From assembly GCA_965113315.1 (NCBI GenBank), contig OZ220382.1: a stretch of 64,000 nt of DNA; one strand, given 5' to 3'. Origin of the DNA: Podarcis vaucheri. Taxonomy: Eukaryota. The notes beneath the pieces are model-generated. The model was not told the DNA's origin. It ran no database searches and saw nothing but the letters and a program-made list of their open reading frames with translations. Positions 60,668-64,000 of this stretch are shown piece after piece (the stretch's first letter is position 1; every line of letters starts with the position of its first letter). The position numbers and the translations under genes are program-made.

Positions 60668-63600
60668 CGTAACTGAAGGTATTAAATCTATGAGTCTGAG
60701 AATACCATGGCTTGCCAATGCTGATTTATGGGTGCTGTTTTGCTAATGGAAATAAATATATTATCTCAACTATAGAGGATAAGGCTCATAACGCACTAAC
60801 ATGTAATTTATGCCTTTTAAAATATTTCACTGTTAAGCTACCTCCTGGTCTCTTTACATCTGCATCACAGATCACTCTGAGGCTCCAATGTAAAAATTAT
60901 GTGTGATAATACATATTATCTCACGCATTATCCAGATACAGCATTTCCTTGATAATCCAAGTAATGAAATGCTTCGAAGCTTTTGTCATGCTTTCGCTTT
61001 GTCATATTCAAGCTATCACAGCACAAACAAAATGGGTAAAGGTGTATGTGTCCATTCATATGCATTTCAGTTTTTAGCCAGCTGTTGGGCAACTGATATT
61101 GCTGATAAGAAATGGTTAATGCTTTACAAGAAGTTTGATTTAAAAGCTGAATGACTCTGCCACTGTTCCAGACCATTAGACCTACAATACAATGCACAGA
61201 TTAAAGAGATGGATGGATGGATAGATAACTAGATAAAGTGGGATGTAATGCTATATATTTTACCCTGGGTAGCCTTTGAGAACATAATTTGATCCCCATG
61301 ATTAAAGCTGAAAGTTTCTTTCGATAAATGCCTATTGCCTTACACATATATGCCTAAATGGACTAGCATATTTTTTTTTTTAGATTGCTCAAATGGCTTG
61401 TGATTTAAACCCAGTGTGTTCCAGCTGCAATAATGGTGATGCCATAGCTCTCTTAAGTACAGCCCCCTCTGCTACTGCTTTTGTTCACTGGGAAAATTGC
61501 TAAATCACATCTGAAGGAAGTGCTTACATCCCCTAAGGTTGTGAGTATAGGCATTACTCTGAGTAAATGCAGCTGACCATGTACAAAAGGATACCTTAAC
61601 CACAGCGTGAAAGAAAATACGAAGATAATTGCATGGCTGCTCAGAAAGGAGCAACTCCCATTCATATCAATGGAGCTGCCTGCTACAAAAGTGGGGTTGT
61701 GAATTTCAGCCTTATACAGTTAGGTAATGATCCATCTACTTCAGCATTGTTCACTTTGCCCGGCAGCTGGGTATAGACAAATCAGCCCACTTCTAGTCTG
61801 TTTTACTTTTCCATGCACTCATGCACTTTTGTTTTTTTAAGGCATGAAAATCCACATTATAATACATATTTTAAAACATATTTTCTCTTTAAAAACATAT
61901 CATTTCCTAAAAGTGATTTTTTTTTCAGAATATGCATTTTTACATGTCATTTTTATATGCAGTTTTTTTGAGATTTACACATTTTAGGTGCTTGTAATAT
62001 TTTTAATTGTTTTTATCTTATTTTAAATTGCATCACTTCACTGTTTTGGTGTTTGCCGCCCTGGACTCCTCTGGAAGGAAGGGCAGGATAGAAATTTAAT
62101 AATCATCATAAGGAATTAAGAACACATTTTGACATTTATTTATTTTTTAGCCAAGAACTGTGCTGCATCCTTTGGAGAAACACTGTTCCGATCATAACCC
62201 ATAAAGACAGAATTCCTCTGTGTATCAGTGGCTGCTATCCATGGCAGAAGCAATGCTCTGCCTCCATGGTCAGAGACTGCATGCTTCTGAACACCACTTG
62301 CTGGAAACCACATGAGGGGAGAGCTGCTGTTGCACTTGGGTCCAGCATCCCATAATGGGCATCTGGTCAGTCACCATGCAAATAGGCTGCAGGATGAGGC
62401 TGGATTTAGGCCTGATCCAGCAGACCCTTCCTATGTTCTCAAATGATGGTGGTGGGGATTCCTTGCACCCTTCATTCTGATTTTCTGGCTGCTTTATTTC
62501 ATGCATTGTTTCGGCGTGTTGTATCTATTTTATTATATCCTATTTTGTTTTAAACTGTTTAGCGTAATTACCTCGAGATTAGATTATGATTTAAGAAATA
62601 CAAATCACTAATTGCCTATGTATTAGTTTACCAGCTGGTTAAGGAATACACTAACTAATGAAATCCCTACTGGTAGCAGTTCTCAAAGTTCCCAGGCTAG
62701 CTCTTTGGGTTTTTTTTAAGTGGAGATCGATCCTGGGACCTTCTACACCCAAAACAACTGGCTCTGCCACAGAGCTATAGCTCAAACACCATATTCTGCC
62801 ATGCTGCAAATGTTCCTCAGCTATACATCTCTTTGTCCATGTGTTTTTGTCCTGCTATAGTGGTTAGCTTCCATAAGCAGCTGAGGCCAAGCTGAGTGTA
62901 TGGAGAAATGCTAAAGTAGCCTCAATTATCATAAGAACACACAATAAGCCCATCCAGTCCAGCATTCTGGTCTCACAGTGGCCTACTAGAAGACTATAGG
63001 AAGCCCAGAAGCATTCTCCCCAATTGTGATTGCCAGCAACTGGTATACAGAGACGTACTGGATCTGACAGTGGAGTTGAAACATGGTAATCAAGACGAGT
63101 AGCCATTGATAGTCCTATCCTCCATGAAAGTGTCATCTTGACACACACACAAACACACACACTTCTGCCGTGACTGATTTCTAATCACAAACAGAAGCTC
63201 CCTTTCTCAATTGGTAGAAATCTCAATTGACTTTAATAAGAAACTAATTGCTGAAAGATTAGAGCCTGTTTTATGTAACAAGCTACAAAGCAAATCAGGA
63301 CAAGATGATAACAAGATGCAATCAGGAGGTATTAAAGACAGCAAAATAGCAATGAAGGGCTGGGAGGAAGCTGCAGTAAGCAAAATGATTTTTTAACACA
63401 CACCCCTCCTTGCAAACACACATCACATTGCTACAAGGAAACTGAATGTTCCCCCTAATTAAGGAGCTGCTTCACATTCTGGATCATCCTTCCAAACCAG
63501 TACAGCAAGCAAGATTAAAAGTGTTGGAAGATTTGCTGTAGTTACTGAGCTGCATATTAAGCATGCAGCATTATTAGATCTTGACGCATGCTTACCTTGA

Positions 63601-63844
63601 GCCTCCATTTACTTTTCACTTCTTGAATGCTTGGGCGTTATGAGCTCAGAAAGGAGTTGATGGTGTTTCTAGCCTGCCCTGTAACTTCCTGCTCCTTTTA
63701 AGAGGGAGTTCTCAATTGGATCACATGAGTAATTGCATTGGTTTGATAATGCACTGCAGTAGGGAGGGGCCAGCCACTGGACAGGTTGGTGATATCCCGT
63801 CTTCTAAGCAGCATTATCTGCATTGCCAGGTTCTAATCCCTGCA

Positions 63845-64000
63845 GGGCCACCCAAGATGGACAGGTCATAGTGGAGAGTTTTGACCAAACATGATCTACC
63901 TGGAGCAGGAACCGGCAAGCCACTCCAGTATCCCTGCCAAGAAAACTCCATGGACAAAGGCAACAGGCATATAAAAGTTATGATGCTGGAAGATGAGCCC
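63845..64000 (+). mobile_element. RTE-BovB-like LINE 5' region, runs off the window
   Basis: gggccacccaagatggacaggtcatagtggagagttttgacc...ggcaagccactccagtat...ctggaagatgagccc matches the recalled BovB 5' sequence. Confidence 0.78.

Overview
Vertebrate genomic DNA, almost certainly from a squamate lizard. The Sauria/Squam1 SINE, Squam3-like SINE, BovB and CR1 types look lacertid; the taxon is inferred from repeats only. The window appears to lie inside one very large minus-strand gene. I find a single convincing coding exon, 21657-21731 (75 nt, phase 1-1, xLVTKRPPQPMYPMENQTSMIDVQLG), which matches the Ig2-Ig3 linker exon of IL1RAPL2 and is too short for the ORF track. The rest is intron: LINEs (one young ~3.56 kb 5'-truncated CR1 with near-intact ORF2, plus L2, L1, Rex1 and BovB fragments), SINEs, hAT/Mariner/Harbinger MITEs, a solo LTR, microsatellites, a 400-N gap and several repeat-free blocks. 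The main points for follow-up are: (1) a canonical U_UUA_AAC -1 slippery heptamer exactly at the CR1 ORF1 stop, with ORF2 in the -1 frame; (2) near-identical inverted CR1 copies and MITEs bracketing the symmetric exon; (3) an in-frame stop overlapping AATAAA just inside the intron after the exon; (4) a solo LTR with an open acidic/Arg-rich frame from its first codon; (5) several resolvable multi-level TE nests. All identifications are by eye and memory; no searches were run.
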